From Mustelus asterias (lineage: Eukaryota): DNA of 64,000 nucleotides. Under the pieces are notes generated by a model, which saw only the letters and a program-made list of their open reading frames with translations, was not told the DNA's origin and did no database searches. Both the position numbers and the translations under genes were made by a program. This document shows, piece by piece, positions 46,800 to 58,041 of the stretch. Location: the NCBI RefSeq assembly GCF_964213995.1, contig NC_135830.1, positions 15,004,001-15,068,000 on the forward strand. The letters run 5' to 3'. How positions within the stretch are numbered: position 1 is the stretch's first letter; every line of letters begins with the position of its first letter.

Positions 46800-47230
46800 C
46801 CCTCTACAGACATGGCGGCCGCACATGCGCACTGCTGCCTATTGCCCCCAATAAAAATGGCGAACGTTAACCCGGGACGAACATGAGGAACTGCAGGCCT
46901 GCTCGGTGCAAACTGGGTCCGGGAAGCTCTCTTCCGCATTTTGCGACTCTCACAACATGCTTACGCAGCGTTTCCACCCACCTGGACGATCCATTGCTCT
47001 CTCCGTAACGCCAATCACCTCGAACAGATTTCCGAGCCCAAAATAAAAACCGTTTTCCATCGCCATTACTCACACTGCGCATGCTCGAGTCAAAGGTGGC
47101 CCCGCCCCTCGTTCGCTCCTATTGGTTGGAGGACCAACTGCTCCAGATCGGTCCTCCAGGTCTGCCCCCTCTTCCCATTGGTCCACGCTGCCGTCAATCA
47201 GCTGGGCATTGTGACGGTGACTTGCTGCTT
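46800..47230. promoter_or_regulatory. CpG promoter upstream of ZNF6
   Basis: gcacatgcgca and ctgcgcatgc (NRF1-like), aaaatggcg (YY1-like), GC box, two ATTGG around TGGAGGACC-N14-GGTCCTCCA. Confidence 0.65.
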
Positions 47231-48891
47231 GTCCAATAATCAGTGACAGAGTCTGAGTGTAACAATGACACACACAGGCTCCAATACAATCAGAGTGGGG
47301 ATGGAGCACAGAGACAACACAGCAAAGCACTGACTTACTCTCAGTGTAACAAATACAATGTTTGATCAAATAATAAGAGTCACGTTGCAGTATGTAAGTG
47401 AACACATCATTTGATCCAATGTAATGGTAATACAGTCAGTATCTAGTGCACCCTCACCAAAGTTTAAGTTTCATTTGATACTGTGAGTGAGTCATGGTAT
47501 ATTGATATAATGTATTTAAATTTCGATGTGTGTTACTCTCCCACTGTCAGTATCAAACAATAACCTGTCTGTTATTCCAATTCTGCTGTATTTTACAACT
47601 GCAGCTCCTGGGGCTGATTGGAGTCTGGTATAATAATCACAAAGGTCGGTTTCAGTGTCTCTGAGGTCATTTTAACTGCAGGTAATCTGACATTAAGGGA
47701 GACAAGAGGCCCAACAAACATTTGATTATAATAGGAGGACAAAGTGTAAGGGAACAATGATATTTTAAGGTGTCTGTGTTATGGTGAGTGTCACTGGGAG
47801 GTGAGTGATAAAATACAAGTGGAAACATCATGACAGAGACACATGTGACTGACTCGGCCTGACTGAGAGCTGTTATACTCGAGGCGAGAATAATGAGGAC
47901 ATGTGGATCTCCTGAGATTTCTGATATCTGAGGTGTATCTGTTAGAGGAACTGAAAATAATCAGTTCCTCCTCATGGTTATCTCCAGTTCTCAAGTTACA
48001 CAGACACACAGGAAAGAGATCTGACAGCTCATCAAACCCAATATTTTAATCTTCTGTTTGAGACACATTATAACCGAAAAGATCAAACATTAAAACCTTA
48101 GGAGAGAAACATTCAGAATGTCACAAAGATGAGTGAACTGTCCAATTAATCCCATTCACCATAACTCTGCCAATTTACCTTCTGCAAGTATTTATCCAAT
48201 TCCCTTTGAAAGCTACTATTAAACCTGCTTCGAGCACCTGTCAGTTTGTGCATTCCAGATCATATCAAGTTATTGTGCAAAAAATTCTCCTTATCACCCC
48301 CTTCAGTTCTGTTGTCAATTATATTAAATCTCTGTGTCCTCTGCTTACAGACCCTCCTGCACCGAGGAAATCGATTCTCTCCATCGACAGACTTCCTGCT
48401 CCTGGGAGATAATTTCTCTCCATTGACACTATCATAAATCATTTGTCATTTTAAACACCTCTATTAAATCTCCCCATCACATTCCCTAATCTAAGATGGA
48501 TAACCCATGTTTTTCCTGCCCTGAAGAATTACATGGACTCAAAATGTTAACTCTCTGAACAGATGCCGCCGGACCTGCCGGGTTTTTCTGCTTTTCTCCC
48601 TGTTTATCCTTCTATAATCAATCAGAAACTCTTCATGATTTTGAACATCTTGATCAAATAGGAACACACAAAGCCTGAGAAAGATACAGAGGAAGGGAGA
48701 GACAGAAAGACAGAGAAAAATTGAGAAAGATTTTAAAAAGCAGAAAGATGAGACGGTCAAAGATAAAAGCTGAGAAACAGAGGAAACAAGCAATACAGAG
48801 AGAATGATCTAGAATTTAAGGGAGCAGGCTATCAGTTCCCAGCTATGGGGAGCAGAGTCGGCATCTCCACATCAGAGCAGAGGGAACTCAG

Positions 48892-49240
48892 TGGGCGGCA
48901 CGATAGCACAGTGGTTAGCACTGCTTCTTCACAGCTCCAGGGACCTGGGCTCGATTCCCGGCTCGGGTCACTGTCTGTGTGGAGTTTGCACATTCTCCTC
49001 GTGTCTGCGTGCGTTTCCTCCGGGTGCTCTGGTTTCCTTCCACAGTCCAAAGATGTGTGGGTTAGGTTGATTGGCCATGCTAAAATTGCCGCTTAGTGTT
49101 CTGAGATGTGTAGGTTAGAGGGATTAGCGGGTAAATATATGTAGGGATATGGGGGTAGGGCCTGGGTGGGATTGTGGTCGGTGCAGACTCGATGGGCCGA
49201 ATGGCCTCCTCCTGCACTGTAGGGTTTCTGTGATTCTATG
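48892..49240 (+). mobile_element. tRNA-derived SINE (V-SINE/HE1-like)
   Basis: Family head and core with a gattctatgatt tail. Confidence 0.85.
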
Positions 49241-49374
49241 ATTCAGAAACTGATCCACAGACACAGCTGGTTTTATCTGCAAATGGAAACTCTGAACAGA
49301 AATAACTGACTCATTTGTAAATGTCACCACAATGTGACCTTTGTGACTCTGCCCTGACTCTCTGGACAGATACA

Positions 49375-50275
49375 TAAGAACATAAGAAATAGGAGCAGGA
49401 GTAGGCCATCTAGCCCCTCGAGCCTGCCCCGCCATTCAATAAGATCATGGCTGATCTGACGTGGATCAGTACCACTTACCCGCCTGATCCCCATAACCCT
49501 TAATTCCCTTACCGATCAAGAATCCATCCATCCGCGCTTTAAACATATTCAGCGAGGTAGCCTCCACCACCTCAGTGGGCAGAGAATTCCAGAGATTCAC
49601 CACCCTCTGGGAGAAGAAGTTCCTCCTCAACTCTGTCTTAAACTGAACCCCCTTTATTTTGAGGCTGTGTCCTCTAGTTTTAACTTCCTTACTAAGTGGA
49701 AAGAATCTCTCCGCCTCCACCCTATCCAGCCCCCGCATTATCTTATAAGTCTCCATAAGATCCCCCCTCATCCTTCTAAACTCCAACGAGTACAAACCCA
49801 ATCTCCTCAGCCTCTCCTCATAATCCAAACCCCTCATCTCCGGTATCAACCTGGTGAACCTTCTCTGCACTCCCTCCAATGCCAATATATCCTTCCTCAT
49901 ATAAGGGGACCAATACTGCACACAGTATTCCAGCTGCGGCCTCACCAATGCCCTGTACAGGTGCATCAAGACATCTCTGCTTTTATATTCTATCCCCCTC
50001 GCAATATAGGCCAACATCCCATTTGCCTTCTTGATCACCTGTTGTACCTGCAGACTGGGCTTTTGCGTCTCATGCACAAGGACCCCCAGGTCCCTTTGCA
50101 CGGTAGCATGTTTTAATTTGTTTCCATTGAGATAGTAATCCCATTTGTTATTATTTCCTCCAAAGTGTATAACCTCGCATTTCTCAACGATATACTCCAT
50201 TTGCCATATCCTCGCCCACTCACTCAGCCTGTCCAAATCTCTCTGCAGATCTTCTCCGTCCTCCACACGATTCAC
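49375..50275 (-). mobile_element. 5'-truncated CR1/L2 LINE, TSD GATACA
   Basis: ORF 49466-50305 is an RT C-terminus; (ttcttatg)n tail; gataca at 49369 and 50276. Confidence 0.9.
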
Positions 50276-50659
50276 GATACAGGCCGCATTGACAGATGTT
50301 CTCACCAGATTGTGGTCCCTGGATTTATTTTCTGCTCAGAAGTGAGATGTGAGGTTTGGAACCGGCAGCAGAGAAACAGGAAGTTGTGTTACCTGAGAAT
50401 GAAACAGCCGGCGTCAGTTTGATGTTATCACCATGAACAGTCTTCCTGTCTGTGAGGGTGAACTCACTCTGACAGCATCAAGAACAACCACACAGATTGC
50501 TGCCAGTCTCAGCATTACATTCATCTCCATTCCCATTTTAAACAATAAAGGAGATTATTTGGACTTTTAACACATTCACTGAATTGGGAGATGGACTGAG
50601 GGTCATCAGTGGGAGAAATGAGGAGGAATTAGAGAACAAATGAGTTTTCCCAAAGAGGG

Positions 50660-51120
50660 TTATTAGAAAAGAGGAGATTTAAAGTGAGTCAAGGCCTGTC
50701 AGAGGAAGTGGGAGAGAGAAACAGAGAGGATTGAATCTCCATCAATTAAATGTTTTCTCAGACAGCGAAGAGAGATGAAGTGTGTTTGTGCTTTTTCAGA
50801 GAGAGGTAATGAGAGAGAGAAAACAATGAATAAGTTTAAGCATTATCTGAAATAGGAAGGTTAAATGAGTGAGTGTTTGAAAGAACGATAGAGAGACATT
50901 AAGTGACGAAGACAGTTTCTGAGAGGAGAGAGATTAAGTGAAAATGAGAGAGGAGCGAGGTTAGAGTGTAAGAGAGGTGGAAGGTGAGGTAAGTGTGAGT
51001 GAATGCCTGGAGAAAGAGAGACGTTCAGTGAGTGTTAGAGAGATGAGAGATGTTGAGCGATTGAGTTTCTGAGAGAGAGGAGATGTTAAGTGAGTGAATG
51101 TCTGAAAGAGAGGAGAGCAG
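50660..51120. repeat. Degenerate purine-rich minisatellite
   Basis: Recurrent gagaggaga..ttaagtgagtg.. units. Confidence 0.55.
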
Positions 51121-52014
51121 GTTCACACCCAGGGGTCACTGAGAATGATCAAAATAAGGAGATCACCCAGAAAACTACCAACAGGAAACTTCAGCTGAAC
51201 ACATCACTCATTCTTAAATGGTCAGTCAGGGCTCTGGTGCTGCTCAGCTTCTCTCTGTTCTGTTTATAATGGTTAAAGGCTGATAGGAGTGAGGTTTATT
51301 TAAAAGGATAGTGTATGGGAAGCACACATCAACAAAACTGAGAATTTTTGGACACACACTGCAGCTCCTTCTCTATCTGGGAATCAAATTGTTGTCTCAT
51401 TGTCCCAACAGTTAACAGGCTCCTTTGAACGTCTCCAGCTGCTACTTTAATGCAGACTTCAACCAATTTATTTGAAGCCAGTTTCTGTTCAATAAACCAG
51501 GACTGACACACACACATTAAAATGTTTTAGACTTTTTTTCATTTTTAGTCTGGAAACCTAAACCTGCCGTTTCACTCTCAGTCAGGAATAGATCCCAGTT
51601 TTACACCAATCTTTGACAGCACGTTTCCAGCATTCACCATTGTTCTTCCTGACTCTAAACACAGTTGTAAAGGAGCTTCTTTTCCGTGTCTAGGAGCTCG
51701 GAACCATGGAAAAGAGCGACTGGGACACATTTTTTTCACACCTCAGGATTCACCCACACGGGGACTTAGCTGTCAGTGAAAAGTGATGAAAAAGACCAAA
51801 GTGCTGTTTGTCCCTCTCAGCGAGACCCTGAAGGACTGGGTCAAGAATGAAGTTCTGTTCCTACTGTGTGACCCTCCCTCAGATTGCCCTTTCTGAGCTC
51901 CAGCCTGGTGACGTTAAACACTCAAATGGAAAAGACAAAAATCTACAACAATGATTCAATCAAATGTCTATTTCACATTTATTCAGAATATTAAACCTCA
52001 ACAGAAGAAAAAAG

Positions 52015-53181
52015 TCAGAGAGAACATGATTCAGACCTGGATATGATTAACAGCATCGATAAGTGGAGAATCCAAACCTTGCAGTCGTTTGTGAACTTGC
52101 CGGTGTTACTTAGCAGGTGGGATGACTGAATAAATCCCTTTCCACAGACATTACAGGTGAACGGCCTCTCCCCAGTGTGAACTCGCTGGTGGTTCAGAAG
52201 ATAAGATAAATGAGAAAATCCCTTCCCACAGACAGAGCAGGTAAATGGCCTCTCCCCACTGTGAATTCTCTGATGTGTCAGCAGGTTGGATGACTGACTG
52301 AATCCCTTCCCACACATGGAGCAGGTGAACGGCCTCTCCCCAGTGTGAACTCGCTGGTGATTCAATAGGTTGGATGAACGAGTGAATCCCTTCCCACACA
52401 CGTAGCAAGTGAATGGCCTCTCCTCACTGTGAACCTGCTGGTGTGTCAGAAGGTTGTATGAACGGGTGAATCCCTTCCCACATTCAGAGCAGGTGAACGG
52501 TCGATCCCCTGTGTGGAGCTGCTGGTGTATCAGAAGGTTGGATGAATTAATGAATCCCTTCCCACAGTCTGAGCAGGTGAAGGGCCTCTCCCCAGTGTGA
52601 ATTCTCTGGTGGTTCAATAGGGCAGGTGGACGGCTGAATCCCTTCCCACACACACAGCAGGTGAATGGCCTCTCCCCAGTGTGAGTATATTGGTGCGTCA
52701 GCAGATCCTTTTTGTTTTTAAAGCTCTTCGCACAGTGGGAACAATTAAAAAGTTTGTTATCAGAGTGAACAAGTTGATGTGTCTGCAGGTGGGATGACTG
52801 AATGAATCCTTTCCCACACACAGAGCAGGTGAATGGTCTCTCCCCAGTGTGAATACGTTGGTGCGTCAGCAGATCTTTTTTGCATTTAAAACTCTTCTCA
52901 CAGTCAGAACATGTAAACATTCTCTCATCTGTGTGAACAAGTTGGTGTGTCACAATGTGGGATGAGCGAGTGAATCCCTTCCCACACACAGGGCAGGTGA
53001 ACGGCCTCTCCCCAGTGTGAACCCGTCGGTGAGTCAGAAGGTTGTATGAATGGGTGAATCCCTTCCCACAAACAGAGCAGGTGAACGGTCTCTCCCCAGT
53101 GTGACTGCGCCGATGAACTTCCAGTTGTGATGGGAAACCGAATCCTTTCCCGCACTCCACACATTTCCACGGTTTCTCCAT
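52015..53181 (-). CDS. C2H2 zinc-finger gene ZNF7 (12 fingers plus a frameshifted 13th; divergent subfamily)
   Basis: 388-aa [13 protein letters not shown]...; different exon-2 region upstream (53700-53780). Confidence 0.9.
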   Translation of the reverse strand: MEKPWKCVECGKGFGFPSQLEVHRRSHTGERPFTCSVCGKGFTHSYNLLTHRRVHTGERPFTCPVCGKGFTRSSHIVTHQLVHTDERMFTCSDCEKSFKCKKDLLTHQRIHTGERPFTCSVCGKGFIQSSHLQTHQLVHSDNKLFNCSHCAKSFKNKKDLLTHQYTHTGERPFTCCVCGKGFSRPPALLNHQRIHTGERPFTCSDCGKGFINSSNLLIHQQLHTGDRPFTCSECGKGFTRSYNLLTHQQVHSEERPFTCYVCGKGFTRSSNLLNHQRVHTGERPFTCSMCGKGFSQSSNLLTHQRIHSGERPFTCSVCGKGFSHLSYLLNHQRVHTGERPFTCNVCGKGFIQSSHLLSNTGKFTNDCKVWILHLSMLLIISRSESCSL

Positions 53182-54099
53182 GGTGCCCTTGTGTTTCTCC
53201 AGGTTGGATGATCAGTTCAAGCCACATCCACACACACAACATACACGTAGTTTCACCCTGCTGTGAACTGTGATGTTTTTTCAGGCTGTGTAACTGGTTA
53301 AAGCTCTTTCCACATTCAGTTCACTGGAACACTCTCACTCGGGTGTGTGTTTGTCTCGATACTTTTCCGGTCATACTGATGTTTAATTTCTTTGCCCACA
53401 GGCAGAACAGACAAATATTTCTCCTTCCACATTCAAAGACCGATGATATTCAGCTCCGAAGGAACTGAATGACTTTGTCAGATGTGATGTCCGGTTTGAG
53501 TTTTCTGTCTGCCAATCTTTCACTTCCAATATCCTGTAAAAACAGTTTAGAAAAGTCATCACTGTCAGAACACGATACAAACTCTGAACAGACAATTCTA
53601 GTTTCTCTGGAACATTTTTTCCTTTCTTGTTCCCCCAAATCAGTAAATCCCCGTGCCACACACTCTCCCTCCTCCCTGGGCTGAAATCCAAACCCATCTC
53701 ACCATTTCTTTCCTCCACTCCCAGTTTTCTCCCTCCCTCTCCTCTGTCTGGGTTCAGTTCTCCAGCTCCTGTCTGCAGACTGACAATAAAACCAATGGGT
53801 CTTATTGGGGGTGTTGGGGCCTCCAGCGGGTGTTTGTGAATCCTCCCCGCCCACCTCCCAGGGTTTCCTTCCTTCCCAGAGATCAGAGTCCTCATTGATT
53901 TGAGGCCAAAGTGTAACCTCTTATTTATTGTCCCCCTCCCCCATCCTCTGATGTGAACCATCCTCCAGTGGCTGAGCCAGGATGGGGCCGTTAACCTGGG
54001 CCTGTTCCCGGGAGGGAGGGAGGGAGAAGCCCCGCAGCTGCAAACCAGGGAGCTGACAATGATTCTGAAGGGTTTGCGGATCCACAAAGTGTTTCCAAA

Positions 54100-54330
54100 T
54101 CCTCCCAGCCACCGCCTAACGCTGACTCCGCTTCTCCGGGACAAACAAGCGCCAAGGACAGCAATGACACTGCGCATGCTCCACATCACAATGCCCGGGA
54201 TTGATTGACGGCAGCTCCGGACCAATAGGAGGAGGGGGCGGGACTGGAGGACCGAGCGGGAGTGGCTGGTCCTCCAACCAATCGGAGTGAATGAGAGTCG
54301 GGACCTGAAGCATGCGCAGTGCGGGTGAAC
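54100..54330. promoter_or_regulatory. CpG promoter of ZNF7, bounded by inverted NRF1-like 13-mers
   Basis: cactgcgcatgct (54168) ... agcatgcgcagtg (54321) enclosing CCAAT-GC box-palindrome-CCAAT; inverted homolog of 47070-47220. Confidence 0.65.
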
Positions 54331-54331
54331 C

Positions 54332-54412
54332 AGATAAACCTGTTGGACTTTAACCTGGTGTTGTTTGACTTGTTGCTGTGTTTACCCCAGTCCAACGCCG
54401 GCATCTCCACAT
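54332..54412 (+). mobile_element. Penelope-like terminal fragment
   Basis: Inverted match to 54976-55050 (ataaacctgttggactttaacctggtg..ccccagtccaacgccggca). Confidence 0.7.
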
Positions 54413-54683
54413 CAGTGCGGGTAATGGCGACAGACGGCCGGTTTTAGTTTGGAAGGGAGATCAATACGAGGTAGTGGGCGGCGTGCGGGGAATGATAAAT
54501 GTGGCGGGTGGGTGGAGAGACTTTGTAAACATGTTGTTCAAACCCAAACCCGGAAATGAACTTCCTGGTCCCCCCCTTTGTAGCAAATGGAGCGACAGCT
54601 TGTAGTGTTAGACCCGGGCTGACTGCCGCCATTGAGGCTGCATGTGGGAGGCCGGCAGGGATTGTGATCGGAGAGTGAAGCCC

Positions 54684-54762
54684 TGACATCACAATGGAAT
54701 GGGTGAGAGTGTGACATCACAATGGAATGGGTGAGGGTGTGACGTCACAATGGAATGGGTGA
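54684..54762. repeat. 28-bp tandem repeat (~3 units) carrying CRE-like TGACRTCA
   Basis: tgacatcacaatggaatgggtgagagtg units. Confidence 0.85.
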
Positions 54763-54814
54763 CGGTTCCAGATGAGCTGAGACTGGGCTGGAGTCGGGCG
54801 ATGGCACTGACATG

Positions 54815-54975
54815 TGGCCCGGTGGCACAGTGGTTAGTGCAGCTGCCTAACAGCGCCAGGGACCCGGGTTCAATTCCAGCCTCGGGTCACTGTCTGTGCA
54901 GAGTTTCTACATTCTCCCCGTGTCTGTGTGGGTTTCCTCCGGATGTTCCGGTTTTCCTTCCACAGTCCAAAGATC
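54815..54975 (+). mobile_element. V-SINE-like 5' half truncated by a Penelope fragment
   Basis: tggcacagtggttag head, ggttcaattcc B box, core up to gtccaaagat. Confidence 0.8.
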
Positions 54976-55355
54976 TGCCGGCGTTGGACTGGGGTAAGCA
55001 CAGTAAGTAATCTCACAACACCAGGTTAAAATCCAACAGGTTTATTTGGTAGCACAAGCCACAAGCTTTCAGAGCGCTGCCCCTTCATCAGGTGAGTGGG
55101 AGTTCTGTTCACAAACAGGGCATAATAAAGACACAAACTCAATTTAAGATTATGGTTGGAATACGAGTCTTTAAACGTAATCAAGTCTTAAAGGTACAGA
55201 CAATGTGAGTGGAGAGAGGGTTAAGCACAGGTTAAAGAGATGTGTATTGTCTCCAGCCAGGACAGTTAGTGAGATTTTGCAAGCCCAGGCAAGTCGTGGG
55301 GGTTACAGATAGTGTGATATGAACCCAAGATCCCGGTTGAGGCCGTCCTCATGTG
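54976..55355 (-). mobile_element. Penelope-like element 3' end/pLTR with a hammerhead ribozyme core
   Basis: Minus strand encodes THEDGLNRDLGFISHYL* (GIY-YIG C-terminal type), then cCTGATGAaggggcagcgctctGAAAgct and aataaa. Confidence 0.8.
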
Positions 55356-55610
55356 TGATTGACAGATCCATGCTCACTGCTTCTTGCTCTGGATGCAGAG
55401 AGCTGAAAATTTCCATGCAGGCTGCCAGACAGATAAATGTCTGCATTACTGGAGTAAAAATGTGTGGAATATACAGACCGAATTCACTTCATTTCCTTCA
55501 GTTGCTGCAAGTCCCCAACTTCCCCCAGAATGAGAAAAGAAATGGAAAGGGGGAAACATTGATTTCCTCCCAGATGTTGTCCAGAGGAGGGAGTTTCACT
55601 CTGAAGCTCA
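55356..55610 (-). pseudogene. Relic exon1-intron1-exon2 module of a lost ZNF partner gene
   Basis: Contains attgacagatccatgctcactgcttc and ttcagttgctgcaagtcccc..cagaatgagaaaagaaatgg blocks; cut by the Penelope fragment. Confidence 0.65.
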
Positions 55611-56210
55611 TTGGACAACTTCCGCATTGTGACGTCACAATAGAGTCCTGCCTGAATCAGCCAATAGGAATCACTCTGCTTCGCGGTGACGTCTCCGGGT
55701 TCCAGTGCTCAGGCCCGGGCGCGCGGACCCAGGAGCCCCGCCCCCACCCATTGTTCCCCTCCCCTACATCTCCTTGAACCAAGGTTTCCAGGCAACCGGC
55801 TGACGGCTCCGGCAAGAGCAAGAAGCCGCTCGGTGATTTCCCCCTCCCCCCGGCCCGGGACTGCAAAATGTGCGAGGGAGAGGGGAAGCTGCGCATGTGC
55901 GGGGGAGAACCCACCCTCTGATCTTCATGCTGAGGTGTTGACCAATGGGAAGAGTTGGAGGACCGGAAGGACTCTGGTCTTCCAGCCAATCAGAGCGCGG
56001 GCTTTGTGTGAATGAAGATTGATTTTCAGACAGACTCAAACTTCCTCCTATCTCAAACATCTGTGAGTAAAACACTTTCTTTTCTCCCCCTTTCCATTTC
56101 TTTTCTCATTCTGGGGGGAAACTGGGGACTTGCAGCAACTGAAGGGAAAGGAAGTGAATCCAGGGAGGGTGCAGACTCTGGAAAGGTTGGTCCAGGTTTC
56201 TCTCTCTCTT
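55610..56210 (+). promoter_or_regulatory. Promoter and exon-1 module of ZNF8
   Basis: attgtgacgtcacaat palindrome, gcgcatgtgcg, CCAAT-TGGAGGACC..GGTCTTCCA-CCAAT, donor CT|GTGAGT at ~56063. Confidence 0.65.
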
Positions 56211-56211
56211 A

Positions 56212-57418
56212 AACCCCAGAAAATGATCCATTTCTGCCCACTGTTTGCTATGAGCCAATCTTCTATCCACGCCAATATGTTCTCCCCGCAGCATGAATTT
56301 TTATTTGCTGCAATAACCTTTCATGTGGCACCTCATCAAATGTCTTCTGGAAATCTAAGTACAGCGCATCCACCGGTTTCCCTTTATCCAATTCCCGATG
56401 GGGAATTTTAGAAAATTGAACAACACATCAACTCTCTCACTCTGTTAAGACCCGAGAATGAAGCCCAGCAGGACCTGAGGACTCATCAGCCCACAGCTCC
56501 AACAGTTTGCTGAGGACCACTTCCCTGGGAATTGTGCTTTTTCAGAGTTCATCCCACACTTCTGTTTTCTGATTTCCAGCTGTTTCTGAGTTTTAACTCT
56601 ATCCTCTATTGTGAACACCGAGGCAAAATACTTGTTCAATTCATCTCCCAGCTCCTTATTTTTCATTATCAATTCCTGGAATCACTTTCTATTAGACAGT
56701 TAAGAAATGAGGTGGAGCAAGTGACTGAAGTGTCAGTCAGGGAGCACTATTGGGAGCACCAATAGTTTCAAAATAGTTCTGGAAAAAGATAGGACAGGTC
56801 CACAAGTCAAGGCCCTAAACTGGAGCAGGGCCACTTTTGTGGGCATTAGGCAGGATCGAGCAGATGTCGATTAGGTGAATTTGTTTGAAGGGAAAGGAAT
56901 GACTGGCAATTGGGAGGTTTTGAAAGTGTGATATCAAGAGTCCAGGGGCAGTATATTCCTGTTAAGATGAAGGGAAAGAATGGTAAATTTAGGGATCTCT
57001 GGCAGACAAGGGACATTGAGGCTCTGGTCAGGTAAAAGAAGGAAGCATAGATTGGGTTTAGGCAATCGGGGACAAGTGAATTACTCTGACTGTAAAAAGT
57101 GTAAGAAAATACTGAGGAGGGAAATCAGGAGGACAGAAAGAGGGTATGATATGGATCTGGCAGGTAAGATTAAAGAAAATTCCAAGAGGTTCTATAGCTA
57201 TATTAAGAGTAAAAGGGTGGACAGAGAGAGAATAGATCCCCTTAAAAATCAGTATGGCCATCTGTGTGTGGAGCCACAGGAGATGGGTGAGATTTTTAAT
57301 GAATACTTCTCCTCTGTGTTTTCTGCGGAGAGCACCATGGGGGCTAAAGAAATAAGGGAAACAAGTGATGATGTCTTGGGCACACGCATGTTACTTGGGA
57401 GGAGGTATCTGCAGCCTT
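56212..57418. mobile_element. CR1/L2 fragments in both orientations within the ZNF8 intron
   Basis: ORFs 56445-56672(-) LNKYFASVFT and 56980-57507(+) KENSKRFYSY..FNEYFSSVF. Confidence 0.8.
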
Positions 57419-58041
57419 ATAAAAGCAAATTACTGCGGATGCTGAAATCTGAAACCAAGAGAGAAAATGATGTTTCTTGTCTAGATGACCCTTTGTCAAA
57501 GCTCTGAAACATCAGTTCTTTTCTCTCCATACAGATGCTGCCAGACCTGCTGAGAATGGGGAGAGAGTGTGTGGGATGGAGTTTGACAGCTTTTGGGGAA
57601 TGAGAGAGGAAAGAATGTTCCATAGAAATTGTCTGTTCTGAATTCCTATCCTGTACTGACACTGATGACTTTTGTAAACTCATTTTCCAGGATATTGAAA
57701 GAGGAATCACAGGCTGAAATCTCAAACGTCACGTCGAGACGTGACAGAGTCATATTCCTTGGGAGCTGAATATCATCGGACTTTCAATCCAGAAGGAGAA
57801 ATGATTGTCCAGTCTGTCGATTTGAAAAGATTTGAAATGTCAGTGTGACTGAAAAAGCATCGACACACTGACACACTCGAGTGAGAGTGTTCCAATGCAC
57901 TGACTAAAGAGCTTTAACCAGTTACACAGTCTGAATAAATATCACACCATTCACAGCGGGGAGAGACTGTAATCTTGTTCTGTGTGTGGACGAAGTTTCA
58001 ACTAATTGTCCACTCAAGAGAGAGGCATGGACACCTGCATC

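Noticed and set aside
53383-54225. 280-aa ORF upstream of ZNF7 as a gene
   Set aside because: It runs through promoter, predicted introns and the dead-finger region from a non-ATG start
377-58041. Selenocysteine or stop-readthrough at the conserved upstream TGA
   Set aside because: It is TAA in two paralogs, and the upstream frame has further stops and frameshifts
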